In this document: positions 20,429 through 30,130 of the stretch, in pieces
Layout: every line of letters starts with the position of its first letter
Position numbering within the stretch: position 1 is the first letter of the stretch
Assembly: GCA_029259715.1 (NCBI GenBank)
Contig: JAJDEP010000003.1
Span: 701,174-765,173, forward strand
Origin: Planctomycetota bacterium
Lineage (GTDB): Bacteria; Planctomycetota; B15-G4
Direction: 5' to 3'
Length of the DNA stretch: 64,000 nucleotides
Translations under genes and position numbers: made by a program
The notes under the pieces: generated by a model
The model's database searches: none
What the model saw: only the letters and a program-made list of their open reading frames with translations
What the model was told of the DNA's origin: nothing

Positions 20429-22009
20429 ATGAGAGCCGTGTCCATGCGACCCAGGGGCCGTTCGCCGAGCGCCGTCACCGTGGTCGCGACGCTCGTGATC
20501 CTGCTCGCCCTCGCCGGGACCGCCGCGCCCACAGCCGCCATCGCGATCGCCGCGTCGGCACAGCCCGCGGCCGGTCAGGACGTGAGCTTCACCATCGAGG
20601 AGACGCTCACCCTCCCGACGACCCACAGCGTCGTGCTCACGCTGGTGCCCTTCGACGACGCCGAACTGTACGTCGCGTACGGCGCCACCGACGGCCGGTG
20701 GACCACCGACACGCCCACGCTGAGCGTGGACGCCGGCTTCCCCGCCGAGTTCCTGATCACGGGCCTCAAGCCCGGCCATGAATACGCCTACCGGGTCTTC
20801 GTGCGGCCCGGCGGCAGCGCGGTCGAATACGTGGGCCGGCAGACGGAGCGCTTCCGCACCCTGCGCCGCGCCGGCGAGCCGGTCACCTTCGCCTACACGG
20901 CCGACGCGCACCTCTACGACCTTTGGGCCAAGGCCACCTTCGGCGGCTCGGTCGGCGGCTACGACCACGTGCGCAAGAGCTTCGAGAACCTGGCGGCGGA
21001 CGACAGCCTCGACTTCTTCGTCCTCGCCGGCGACCACGCCTCGACCCACTGCCACAACTGCCCCGGCGGCATGCTCGAGGGCGTCAACTACCACCAGGAC
21101 TACGCGCTGGTCCCCGAGCAAGGCCTGCTGCGCTACCAGAAGCTGCTCGCGCCCGAGCACGTGGGCCAGGTCGCCCGGCGCACGCCGTTCTTCTGGGTGC
21201 TGGGGAACCATGAGGGCGAGACCGCCGTCACCATGAACGGCTGCGGGCACAACGAGCTCAACGCCATGGTCAGCCGCGACGCCCGCCGCACATACCTCCC
21301 CGATCCCTACCCCTTCTTCGGGGGCAACGACCGGGGCACCTACTACTCCTTCGCTTCAGGCGACGCGCGCGTCGTGGTGCTCGACGTGATGGGCTACAGC
21401 AACGCGCTGCCCGTGAACGCCAACGGCTGGTCGCTGGGCACCGAGCAGCTCGCCTGGCTCGACAAGGTGCTCGCCACCTCCGACGAGAAGTGGACCTTCG
21501 TCATCGCCGAGCACCTCGTGGGCGGCGCCACCGTGGGGCTCGTGCAGTGCTACCACTACGGACGCGGCGGCATCCGCTCGACGGTGGCCAACAAGCTCAA
21601 GGAGACGTTCCTCGGCGAGCAGGCCCTGGTGCAGGAGATCGTCGCTCGCCATGTCACGCCCGGAGGGGCGAGTTTCTTCATGACCGGCCACGACCACGTG
21701 GCCATGCTGCCCCTCGAGAAGCCCGACCTGCAGGGCGTCGGCACGGGCGTCTACTACGTGAAGGCCGGCAGCATCGGCGCGGCCCCCGGCTGGTGGAAGA
21801 ACGACGCCAAGTTCCAGAAGCAGATGGACTGGGACTTCGACGGCGAGGCCGACTACTTCGCCGAGGAGACCGGCACCGACCGTCGGGGCTACTGGCGCAT
21901 CACCGTCGACGGAGAAGAACGCGTCGTCTTCGACTACGTCATCACCAGCCTCTGGCCCAACCCGGTGAATGCGTCCGTGCTGCTCAGCCGGACCATCGAG
22001 GCGGAGTAG
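20429..22009 (+). CDS. purple-acid-phosphatase-like metallophosphoesterase, secreted
   Basis: Signal peptide. N-terminal PAP fibronectin-like domain (ITGLKPGHEYAYRVFV). Calcineurin-like motifs GDHA, VLGNHE, GHDH. Confidence 0.85.
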   Translation: MRAVSMRPRGRSPSAVTVVATLVILLALAGTAAPTAAIAIAASAQPAAGQDVSFTIEETLTLPTTHSVVLTLVPFDDAELYVAYGATDGRWTTDTPTLSVDAGFPAEFLITGLKPGHEYAYRVFVRPGGSAVEYVGRQTERFRTLRRAGEPVTFAYTADAHLYDLWAKATFGGSVGGYDHVRKSFENLAADDSLDFFVLAGDHASTHCHNCPGGMLEGVNYHQDYALVPEQGLLRYQKLLAPEHVGQVARRTPFFWVLGNHEGETAVTMNGCGHNELNAMVSRDARRTYLPDPYPFFGGNDRGTYYSFASGDARVVVLDVMGYSNALPVNANGWSLGTEQLAWLDKVLATSDEKWTFVIAEHLVGGATVGLVQCYHYGRGGIRSTVANKLKETFLGEQALVQEIVARHVTPGGASFFMTGHDHVAMLPLEKPDLQGVGTGVYYVKAGSIGAAPGWWKNDAKFQKQMDWDFDGEADYFAEETGTDRRGYWRITVDGEERVVFDYVITSLWPNPVNASVLLSRTIEAE

Positions 22010-22034
22010 GAACCGACCCCACGGAGACGAATCC

Positions 22035-22367
22035 ATGCACATGTCCATCCCCGCCCGCTCGTGGCTGCGCTCGCTGCGCTTGCCCGCGCTCCTGGCCCTC
22101 GTCGCGTTGCTCAGCTTCCGCTTTGCCATGGCCACGACGGCCCCCCTTCCTGCGGCGACGCTCGACGACTGCCTGATCAACCCGAACATCCCCATGGCGC
22201 AACAAGCCACGGGCCAGGCGCTCGCCCTGCTGCAAGCGGCCCAGCAGGTCGATCCCCCGCCAGGCTACGTCGCCCACAAGCGCCAGGCGGAGAAGCTGCT
22301 GCGCCAGGTGCAGCGCCACCTGGGTGCGGCCGCCCAGGCACTCAAGGACGAGTGCGAAGAGAACTGA
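22035..22367 (+). CDS. hypothetical small secreted protein (110 aa)
   Basis: Internal ATG of ORF 21969..22367 giving a signal peptide (MHMSIPARSWLRSLRLPALLALVALLSFRFAMA) followed by a helical, Gln/Ala-rich region. Confidence 0.45.
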   Translation: MHMSIPARSWLRSLRLPALLALVALLSFRFAMATTAPLPAATLDDCLINPNIPMAQQATGQALALLQAAQQVDPPPGYVAHKRQAEKLLRQVQRHLGAAAQALKDECEEN

Positions 22368-22475
22368 GTCGAATGCGGAGGCCGCCGCGAGGCCGCCGCG
22401 AGGCTGACGTCATCACCGGAGCCCGGCGCCATGCGCACTGCGCTCTGGGCGCGAGACTCAGAATGCGAATTCAGC

Positions 22476-25400
22476 TCACCGCTCCTCGAGTGTGAAGTCG
22501 ACCGTCACTCGCTCGCCCCGCGCCAGGGTCACGGGCTGGCTGGCGAGGAATGTGCGCTGTTCCGTCCACGCGACGATCCTGATCTCGTAGGTGCCGGGAC
22601 GGACGGGATCGATGACCCACTGCCCGTCCTCGGTGTAACCGCGCCCTTCCAACCCCTCCTCGCCGAGCCTGTGCAACTCGACGATGACGTCCTCGACCGG
22701 GCGACCGCTGCGCGTCCGGGCAGTGCCCTCGAGCACGGCAGCCCGCTCCAGCGCGACCGTGACACGCTCGGGGATCGTATGAGCTTCGACACCGAATCTC
22801 GCCGAGTCCGCGAGGAAACCGGAGGCCCTGCCCACCAGCCAGTATCGGCCGGGGAGCACACTGACCAACTCGCCTTGGCCGAGACCGTCCGTCTCCCCAT
22901 ACACATCAAAGTCGAAGCGCACCTCCTCTCGGATCCGCTTCATGGTGGTCAGATCCCAATCGGGAAAGCTCGCCCACGACTGCCCGATCTCGGGCGTCCG
23001 GACAAGGCGGACCCGCGCGGCGGGCAAGGGCTCCCGGGACGAGGCATCGACGACCTCGAAGGCCAAGGTGTGGCCGTGCAGGTCGATGTCGGCCACCACG
23101 ACGTCGTCGTCGACGAGTTCCACTCGCACGATGCGCACAAATCCCTGCGCCGCATTGACGAGCAACAGCGCCGGGCCCGAGAAGAGCCCGCGCACACGAA
23201 AGCCGCCCATCTCATCCGAAGTGGTCTCTGCGACGAGGGTCCACGGCTCGTCGCCCGTGGGAGTCGTGGCAAGTCGGATGATGGCCCCCGAGACGGCCCG
23301 GCCCGCGTCGGTCACCGTCCCGGACACGAGAGCGCCCTCGGCCAGGACGAGATCCCTCGTCACGTGAGCGCCCCCGTCGAGGTGGATCTCCTGCGCCTGG
23401 CGAGGGAACGCGGACCGTCGAGCACCCGATGCACGGAATGTCGCCTCGACGGCCACCGGGTCGCTCGTCGCGAGCAGCACGAATTCATCCGGCATCAGGT
23501 CGTTGAAGCGATAGAAACCCTGTTCGTTGGCCGGGGTCTTCCGCGCCGACGGACGAGATGAGTCCGAATCCCATGAAGAGAGGGACACGGGCAGCCCCTC
23601 CCACCGGTCACCGCCCTCCTCAACTGCGGATCGCCTGGGCAGGGCCATCACCGTGGCGCCCGGCAGGATCTCGCCGTCGGCACCCTTCACGACGCCTTCG
23701 ACCACGGCCTTGGGCAGCAGCCGGATGACATAGTCTTCGACCTTCCCCTTGGGCAGGACGAGGTGGTGATTGCTGGCGGTGTGACGGCCCGGTGCGTTGA
23801 CCCAGAGTTGCCACCGCCCCGGCACGACGTTGGTGAACACGAAGCGTCCCGAGTCGTCGCTGCGCACGCCGATCGTCCCGGTGCCCAGGGCCGCTCCGGA
23901 CTCGGCCGCCATCTGCACGCTGGCATGGACGATCGGGCGTCCGGCCTCATCGATGACGATGCCGCCGAAGGATTGGGCCGGCTCGAGCAGCAACTCGAAT
24001 GTGATGCGCCCCGCCGATGGCACGGGCGGCGTCACCGCCACGGCCTGGGCGTAGCCCCGCGCCCTCACCTGGAGCTTGGTGCCTTCCCGCCCGGCCCCGG
24101 TGATGAGGTGCGTGCCCGCCTCCAGATCGTGATAGGCGGCCGACAAGTGGCTCGTGTCGTCCCGGATCGGTCGCAGCTCGAAAGCATCGGGAAGGCTGGT
24201 CCAGAGCTGAGCGCCCTCGACCACGTCGCCGGTCTCCCCGTCGCGCACAGTGAGCACGATCTCGCCGGGAGGCAGCAACGTGATGACCAGCGGCGGGTCG
24301 CTCGGAGCCACCGCAGCGACATGGGTGAAGGCGGTTCCCTTGGCGCGTGCGTGGACGGAGTATGGGCCGGGCTGGAGGTCGCCGATGAGGAATCGTCCCA
24401 GCGAGTCCGTGCGCACATGGGCTTCCCACTTCGCCGCGACCATGGCGACCTCGTCGTCGTCCGGCCACTTGGGGAAGTCGTGGGAGCGGGCGTACACCTC
24501 GGCATCGGCGACGGGCTCACCTTTCGCGTCCTGCACGATGCCACTCAGGCGCGGCCCCGCCTCGAGAGTGAGAGTGCCCAGATCGGTCGACTCTCCGGGC
24601 ACAACGGCAACGTCGACGAGCGCTGTTGACCGGTGGTCTGGGCGAGCGACGAGCAGGTCCACACGCCCGCCCGCGAGTCCCGCGAGTGCGAAGCGACCCT
24701 CTTCGTCGGTGGCCGTGCGCACCACCGTCCGCCGCGATCGTGCGAGTCGATCCGGATGGAGGAAGACGCCACTCCGGGTGTCGCCCGAGACGGTGGGTTG
24801 CTCGCTCACCAGCGAAACCTCGACGTCGGACAGGGCTCCGCCGTTCCGATCGACCACGCGCCCGACCACGCCCGCGCCCCGTGCCAATCGAAGGGTCCCC
24901 AGGTCGTTGGCCCCCACCGCGACTTGACCGTTGGCGTGGATCCGCGTGGCGTGAGCATCGTGGAGCACGACCAGGAGCGTGCCGTCGCGGTCGTCTTCAT
25001 CCCAGCGACTCACGTCGATGTCGAGGGTGAAGCGTCCCTCCGCATCGCTGAGCACACGCGGAACCCGGATGTTCTGGAGCAGCGGCAATCCGGCGACATG
25101 CTGATTCACACCGAGCAGTCCTCGAACATCTCCGTCGTGAACCGAAAAGCGGACCTCGGCCTCGGCGAGCGGCTCACCCTGCGCATCCTCGATGCGGCCT
25201 GAGAGAACGGCCACCTCGCCGGCGAGCCCGTTGCCCGCGACGGCAGGAACAGCCTGCCCCCCGACGCCCAACGACTCGACCGGCGCCTCCAGCGCCCCCG
25301 GCAAGGCATTGCTGAGTGCCGTCGGCGAGGCCGGCGGGTCGGCCGGAACCGCAGCCACCGGGCTCGGGGGACCCGTCTCCGCATCACCAGCGTCCAGCGC

Positions 25401-26204
25401 CTGCACCGTCGACCACAGTAGACCGAACGCACCGATCACGACGATCGCGCCCACGAGGACCTTGGCCTTGGCGGTCATGACGAGAGTTCCCTTCAGGCCC
25501 GTCCCCGCGAGGGGACCGACCGCGGATCCGCCGGCCTGCGCGCCGGCTTGCCCGGTGGCCTGGGCAGCGGCGTGCCCGGTGGTCTGGGCGGTGGCTTGAG
25601 CCGCGGCCTGTGCGGCTGCGTGGGCGAAGGCCATCTCCCCGAAGGCCCCCGACGAAAGCGCTAGCGGAATCAGACTCAGCGACCACGACGAACGCGCGCC
25701 GCCGAACTCGCCGTCGAGGCGGCGCCGGAGTTGCTCGAGGGCGCGCTTGAGGCGAGACCGCACCGTGGAGCCGGGAATGTCGAGGCGACGCGCGATGTCC
25801 TCGGCGCTCAGGTCCTCGAAGTAGCGCAGCAGCACCGTGGTGCGGTACGGCTCGGCAAGTCGCAGCACGGCGTGCACGACTTTCTGCTGGATGTCGGCCC
25901 GTGTCACGAGATCGTCTGTCGAAGGCAGGTCGTCGGGAACGGGCGCCTCCGCCTCATGCCGCGATCGACGTCGATTCGACCGCGCCTCCCGCCGCACCAG
26001 GTTGCGGATGATTCCGCCTAGCCAGGCCCGGGTGTGCTCCGGCTCGCGCGGCCGCTGCTTCATCGCGATGAGCCAGGTCTGCTGGACGACGTCGTCCACG
26101 CGGCCCTGATCGAACAGCAGACTCGCGGCCAGGCGCCGGACCCAACGGGAATGGGTCAGCAGCTCGTCGATCTCGAAAGCGTCGGACTCGGGCATCGCGG
26201 TCAC
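22476..26204 (-). CDS. ECF (sigma-70 family) sigma factor fused via one TM helix to ~10 extracytoplasmic carboxypeptidase-regulatory-like repeats (1242 aa)
   Basis: Residues ~20-165 carry sigma region 2 (DDVVQQTWLIAMKQ) and a region-4 HTH (YFEDLSAEDIARRLDIPGSTVRSRLKRALEQLRRRL). An Ala/Gln-rich linker follows, then a hydrophobic helix (VLVGAIVVIGAFGLLWSTV). Then repeated modules with D.EGRF.L..L..G.Y.L....GF signature (e.g. DEEGRFALAGLAGGRVDLLVARPD, DSLGRFLIGDLQPGPYSVHARAKG, DDSGRFVFTNVVPGRWQLWVNAPG). No in-frame stop anywhere. The initiator is GTG. Confidence 0.8.
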   Translation of the reverse strand: MTAMPESDAFEIDELLTHSRWVRRLAASLLFDQGRVDDVVQQTWLIAMKQRPREPEHTRAWLGGIIRNLVRREARSNRRRSRHEAEAPVPDDLPSTDDLVTRADIQQKVVHAVLRLAEPYRTTVLLRYFEDLSAEDIARRLDIPGSTVRSRLKRALEQLRRRLDGEFGGARSSWSLSLIPLALSSGAFGEMAFAHAAAQAAAQATAQTTGHAAAQATGQAGAQAGGSAVGPLAGTGLKGTLVMTAKAKVLVGAIVVIGAFGLLWSTVQALDAGDAETGPPSPVAAVPADPPASPTALSNALPGALEAPVESLGVGGQAVPAVAGNGLAGEVAVLSGRIEDAQGEPLAEAEVRFSVHDGDVRGLLGVNQHVAGLPLLQNIRVPRVLSDAEGRFTLDIDVSRWDEDDRDGTLLVVLHDAHATRIHANGQVAVGANDLGTLRLARGAGVVGRVVDRNGGALSDVEVSLVSEQPTVSGDTRSGVFLHPDRLARSRRTVVRTATDEEGRFALAGLAGGRVDLLVARPDHRSTALVDVAVVPGESTDLGTLTLEAGPRLSGIVQDAKGEPVADAEVYARSHDFPKWPDDDEVAMVAAKWEAHVRTDSLGRFLIGDLQPGPYSVHARAKGTAFTHVAAVAPSDPPLVITLLPPGEIVLTVRDGETGDVVEGAQLWTSLPDAFELRPIRDDTSHLSAAYHDLEAGTHLITGAGREGTKLQVRARGYAQAVAVTPPVPSAGRITFELLLEPAQSFGGIVIDEAGRPIVHASVQMAAESGAALGTGTIGVRSDDSGRFVFTNVVPGRWQLWVNAPGRHTASNHHLVLPKGKVEDYVIRLLPKAVVEGVVKGADGEILPGATVMALPRRSAVEEGGDRWEGLPVSLSSWDSDSSRPSARKTPANEQGFYRFNDLMPDEFVLLATSDPVAVEATFRASGARRSAFPRQAQEIHLDGGAHVTRDLVLAEGALVSGTVTDAGRAVSGAIIRLATTPTGDEPWTLVAETTSDEMGGFRVRGLFSGPALLLVNAAQGFVRIVRVELVDDDVVVADIDLHGHTLAFEVVDASSREPLPAARVRLVRTPEIGQSWASFPDWDLTTMKRIREEVRFDFDVYGETDGLGQGELVSVLPGRYWLVGRASGFLADSARFGVEAHTIPERVTVALERAAVLEGTARTRSGRPVEDVIVELHRLGEEGLEGRGYTEDGQWVIDPVRPGTYEIRIVAWTEQRTFLASQPVTLARGERVTVDFTLEER

Positions 26205-26338
26205 CCCTCTTCTTCATGGAATCATGAAGTGAGTGCCCGGCGGGGTCTCGTCCGTTGCAGGAATCCCCGATTCAGGCTGCGGATGCCTGCACTAGCCCGG
26301 CTCACCGCACCTCGAGCAGCCGCCCTAAAGAGTCGCCC

Positions 26339-26566
26339 CTACGCGCCACCCCGCACCGTCAACCACAAGCCGAGAATGATCCCGCCGCCGATGCCCAGCA
26401 TCCAGCCTGCCGAAGGCACGAAGTAGGGAAACAGCATCAGCACGATGCCGGTGGCCAACTGCGGGGCGCGGGACTGCCGCTTGCCGTAGAGGAACAGGCC
26501 CATCCCCACCGAACCCACGGCGAGGGAGGCCAGCAGCTCCGAGGTGGTGAAGTCGAGGGCGAGCAT
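26339..26566 (-). CDS. hypothetical small two-TM membrane protein (75 aa)
   Basis: ATG ORF with strong GC3 bias and two hydrophobic helices (LASLAVGSVGMGLFLY, GWMLGIGGGIILGLWL). Sits between the sigma-fusion gene and the MFS gene. Confidence 0.4.
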   Translation of the reverse strand: MLALDFTTSELLASLAVGSVGMGLFLYGKRQSRAPQLATGIVLMLFPYFVPSAGWMLGIGGGIILGLWLTVRGGA

Positions 26567-26613
26567 CCTCCTTCATCGGCCGCTCGCCGGGGCAACTCCT
26601 GTAGAACCTTGCG

Positions 26614-27939
26614 ATGACTTCCGACGCCCCGAAAGCCCCGCGCTCCGTCCTGGGGCTCGTGTTCCTGACCGTGTTCCTCGACATCGTCGGGTTCTCGATC
26701 CTGTTCCCGCTGTTCCCCGACCTACTCGACCACTACCTGTCGATCAGCGACGAGGGCAGCCTGCTCGCGCGCCTCGTGGTGCAGCTCGAGCAGTTCGCCG
26801 GCGAGGATTCGAACGCGGTCGTGACCCTGTTCGGCGGACTGCTGGGTTCGGTCTACGGCTTGCTGCAGTTCCTGTTCTCGACGGTGTGGGGCGGGCTGTC
26901 GGACCGCATCGGTCGGCGCCCGACACTCTTGCTGACCCTCGGGGGAACGGTGCTCGCGTACCTGCTGTGGGTGGTGGCGGGCAGCTTCCTGGTGTTGGTG
27001 GCGGCGCGCATCCTGGGCGGCATCATGGCCGGCAACATCTCCACAGCGTCGGCCGCCGTGGCCGACACCACCTCGGGGCGCGACCGCGCCAAGGGCATGG
27101 GCATCGTCGGCATGGCCATCGGCCTCGGGTTCATCCTGGGCCCGGCCATCGGCGGCTTCAGCGTGGGCTGGCAACTGGTCGAGCCCGGCACGTCGTCCGG
27201 TGCGCTGGCCCTCAACCCCTTCTCGGCGCCGGCCCTCATCGCCGCGCTGCTCGCGCTGGTGAATCTGCTCTGGGTGGCCACGCGCTTCCCCGAGACCCTG
27301 CCCGTCGAACGCCGCGGCCGCGGCGAGTCCGTGCGCTCGCTCAATCCCTACCGGCGCCTGGCCACCCTCGACTTCCCCGGCGTGCTGCGCGTGAGCCTGA
27401 TCTACTTCCTCTACCTGGTGGCCTTCGCCGGCATCGAGTTCACGCTCACCTTCCTGACCAAGGAGCGCTTCGCCTACGAGCCCCTCGACATGGCGGGCAT
27501 GTTCGTGTTCGTCGGGTTGATCATCGCGCTGGTGCAGGGCGGCATCGTGCGACGCGTGGCGCCCCGCTTCGGCGAACGCCGGGTGGCCATCGTCGGCATG
27601 CTGCTGACGGTGCCGGGCTTCCTGCTCATCGGCGACGCCGCCACGACCACCGGTCTCTACGCCGGCCTGGCCTGCATGGCCTTCGGCAGCGCGCTGGTCA
27701 TGCCGTGCCTGTCGGCCCTGGTGTCGCGCTACACGCCGGCCGACCGGCAGGGCCTGGCCCTGGGCGCCTTCCGCTCCATGGGCTCGCTGTCCCGCGCCAC
27801 CGGCCCGATCCTGGGCGCGCTGCTGTACTGGCGCTTCAGCAGTGGGCTGCTGTACCTGGCGGCCGGGGCGATGCTGCTGGTCCCGCTGGTCATGGCGCTG
27901 GGGTTGCCCGCCGTGCCGGTGGAGGAGGCGGAGGCCTAG
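26614..27939 (+). CDS. MFS transporter (drug:H+ antiporter / TetA-like)
   Basis: 12-TM-like hydrophobicity. MFS N-terminal motif LVFLTVFLDIVGFSILFPLFP, and GGLLGSVYGLLQFLFSTVWGGLSDRIGRRP (motif A-like). Confidence 0.9.
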   Translation: MTSDAPKAPRSVLGLVFLTVFLDIVGFSILFPLFPDLLDHYLSISDEGSLLARLVVQLEQFAGEDSNAVVTLFGGLLGSVYGLLQFLFSTVWGGLSDRIGRRPTLLLTLGGTVLAYLLWVVAGSFLVLVAARILGGIMAGNISTASAAVADTTSGRDRAKGMGIVGMAIGLGFILGPAIGGFSVGWQLVEPGTSSGALALNPFSAPALIAALLALVNLLWVATRFPETLPVERRGRGESVRSLNPYRRLATLDFPGVLRVSLIYFLYLVAFAGIEFTLTFLTKERFAYEPLDMAGMFVFVGLIIALVQGGIVRRVAPRFGERRVAIVGMLLTVPGFLLIGDAATTTGLYAGLACMAFGSALVMPCLSALVSRYTPADRQGLALGAFRSMGSLSRATGPILGALLYWRFSSGLLYLAAGAMLLVPLVMALGLPAVPVEEAEA

Positions 27940-28110
27940 TCGTCGGCCGGACGCCGCTCTTCAGCCGGACGCCGCGGGGCGGCCCCTGCGACCCGTGTTG
28001 CCAACGCCTGCAACATCGGTGAGGCGCGTGACAAGAATTGCGGGAGAGCTTAGGGTCTTCCCAAGGGGAGGAAGCTGCGCCGGGGGGCGCTGTCCGAGGA
28101 GGAGAGGGGA

Positions 28111-29133
28111 ATGCCGCTGCGTTTCGAGTGTCCCGAGTGCGATGCACCGGTGGTCACCTTCCGGCGCCCGGGTGAGAGCGCACGCTGCGGGGAATGCGAG
28201 TCCGAATTCGACGTCCCCGAAGACGCGATGACGACCCATGAGAAGCCGACCTGGGTGGGCGAGCCGGGCGCCGCCCCTGCACCGACAACCCGGGCTCGGG
28301 CGACGGCCGAAGACGGCCGCTCATCGCGGACTCAGCGAGGGGAGTCCTTCAAGGTCGGCGCGGTGCTCAGCAAGGGCATGTCCATCTGGTTCCGCAAGTT
28401 GCCCGTGTACGTCACGTTGACGTTGCTCGTGAATCTGCCGTTATTCCTCTATCAATGGTGGCTCGTCGACAGCGGGAACATCGGCGCCCCCGCGCCCTAC
28501 GGCTTCAACACGTGGACGATCATCTCCGCCCTGGTCAACATGACGTTGTCCAACCTGGCGACGGCCACATTGATCTACGCGGTGTTCCAGGCGCTGCGCG
28601 GTCACTCGGTCGCCATCGGCACCTGCCTCAGCTACGTGCTCGCCCGCTTCCCCATGCTGCTGGCCGTCACGCTCCTGGTGAGCCTGTTCACCGCCTTGGT
28701 CGCAGGTGTCGCCATACTGCCGGGCCTCCTGCTCGTGATGGTCTCCGAGACCCTCGGCATCTTGCTCTTGTCGATCTGCGCTTTCGCGGCCCTCGCATGG
28801 GTGATGACGGCAGTCTGGGCGACGATGGCCGTGGCCGTCGTGGAGAACCCGGGCATCATGTCGTGCTTGAGTCGGAGCATGGAACTCACCAAGGGGTACC
28901 GCGGCCGCATCTTCCTGCTCCTCCTGTTGTTGGGCGTCCTGGGAGGCATCGTCGGAGGCATCGTGGGTGCCGTGGTTTCCTCGCTGCCTGTGATGATCAA
29001 GCTCCTGCTCACCACGGGCTTGACCGTCGTGGTGGCCTCGCTCAGCGCCGTGGTCACGGCGGTCGGCTACCACGACCTGCGCGTTGCCGCCGAGGGCATC
29101 GACACCGTGGAACTAGCCGCGATCTTCGACTAG
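28111..29133 (+). CDS. hypothetical polytopic membrane protein with N-terminal zinc-ribbon
   Basis: N-terminal CPEC...CGEC zinc ribbon, disordered linker, then ~6 hydrophobic helices. GC3-biased ATG ORF. Confidence 0.68.
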   Translation: MPLRFECPECDAPVVTFRRPGESARCGECESEFDVPEDAMTTHEKPTWVGEPGAAPAPTTRARATAEDGRSSRTQRGESFKVGAVLSKGMSIWFRKLPVYVTLTLLVNLPLFLYQWWLVDSGNIGAPAPYGFNTWTIISALVNMTLSNLATATLIYAVFQALRGHSVAIGTCLSYVLARFPMLLAVTLLVSLFTALVAGVAILPGLLLVMVSETLGILLLSICAFAALAWVMTAVWATMAVAVVENPGIMSCLSRSMELTKGYRGRIFLLLLLLGVLGGIVGGIVGAVVSSLPVMIKLLLTTGLTVVVASLSAVVTAVGYHDLRVAAEGIDTVELAAIFD

Positions 29134-29218
29134 GCGAGGGCTCACCGGCACGAGTTGCGCCGCGAGAGCTCGGCGCCGTCACAGGGTCAGCCACAATCAG
29201 GGTCAGCCACAATCAGGG

Positions 29219-30130
29219 TCAGCCGCTGTCAGGGCCCGCCGTTGTGTCGGGGTCGCCGAGGCGGCCGCCGCGCTTCTTCTCGCGCGCCTGGCCGAGCAGT
29301 AATTCGTGTTCGAGGCGCAGCCTCTGGGAATCGTAGAACGCCCGCAGGAACTCGCGCGACGGAACGTCACCGCCGTCCCATCCGAGCTTGAGCCGGATCT
29401 TCTCGGCCACCAGGTCCAACGCCTCGGCATCCCCGGAGCGGTTCCGTAGCAACTCCTCGAGGACCTGCAATTCGTACACCCCGTAGAGATCGAGTTGCGC
29501 CGGCGTGAACGTCAGCTCGGACGAGGACGTCGATTCGGCAGCCAGGTCCCTTCCCAGTCGCCCTTCGGGTCGTCGCACGACCAGGGTTCCGCCGATGAGA
29601 TCTCCCGCCCGGAGTCGATCTCGGTTGAGGAGGGGCAGCAACGCGATCGCCACCAGCCAGAGACTCGAGAACATGACCATCGATGTGCTCTGGCCGGCGG
29701 GCATCCAATGGGGCTGCAGCACCATCATGAGCGGTAAGAAGAACTCGATCTCACGGGTGAGATTGCGAGCGAAGACGGCATCCGCGGTGAGCATGCCGCC
29801 GTGCCGGTCGATGACCTGCGTGCCGACCAGTTTCTTACCAGGCGTGCGCCCCTGCCAGTTCAGTTCGAACCAGACGAAGTAGAAGTTGCGCACGATGAAG
29901 ATGACCAGGTACACGAACGCACTCAGCGTTCCGCCCATCAGCATGCCGCCGTACGCCACTCCGGCCACGAGCGCGATCACCGTGACAGCGACGACCTGGA
30001 CGAGCACGTCGAAGAAGAAGGCCGCCAGGCGATCGCCGACTCCGGCGATCTCGAATTCGAGCGGCACGCCTTCGGGAGTCACAACCTGGTGTTTGCGAGA
30101 CGCGAGAGCAGACGACAGCAGCGAACTCAT
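29219..30130 (-). CDS. RDD-family membrane protein
   Basis: Start at internal MSSLLSSALASRKH (the longer ORF 29219..30568 overlaps the upstream gene). RDD-like region (AAFFFDVLVQVVAVTVIALVAG...WQGRTPGKKLVGTQVIDR). 4-bp ATGA overlap with the upstream gene. Confidence 0.78.
   Translation of the reverse strand: MSSLLSSALASRKHQVVTPEGVPLEFEIAGVGDRLAAFFFDVLVQVVAVTVIALVAGVAYGGMLMGGTLSAFVYLVIFIVRNFYFVWFELNWQGRTPGKKLVGTQVIDRHGGMLTADAVFARNLTREIEFFLPLMMVLQPHWMPAGQSTSMVMFSSLWLVAIALLPLLNRDRLRAGDLIGGTLVVRRPEGRLGRDLAAESTSSSELTFTPAQLDLYGVYELQVLEELLRNRSGDAEALDLVAEKIRLKLGWDGGDVPSREFLRAFYDSQRLRLEHELLLGQAREKKRGGRLGDPDTTAGPDSG

Noticed and set aside
22476-26204. Possibility that the sigma-fusion ORF is really two genes (sigma factor plus membrane anti-sigma-like protein)
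   Set aside because: No in-frame stop exists anywhere in the 3.7-kb frame and coding bias is continuous. It is kept as a fusion but flagged for sequence verification.
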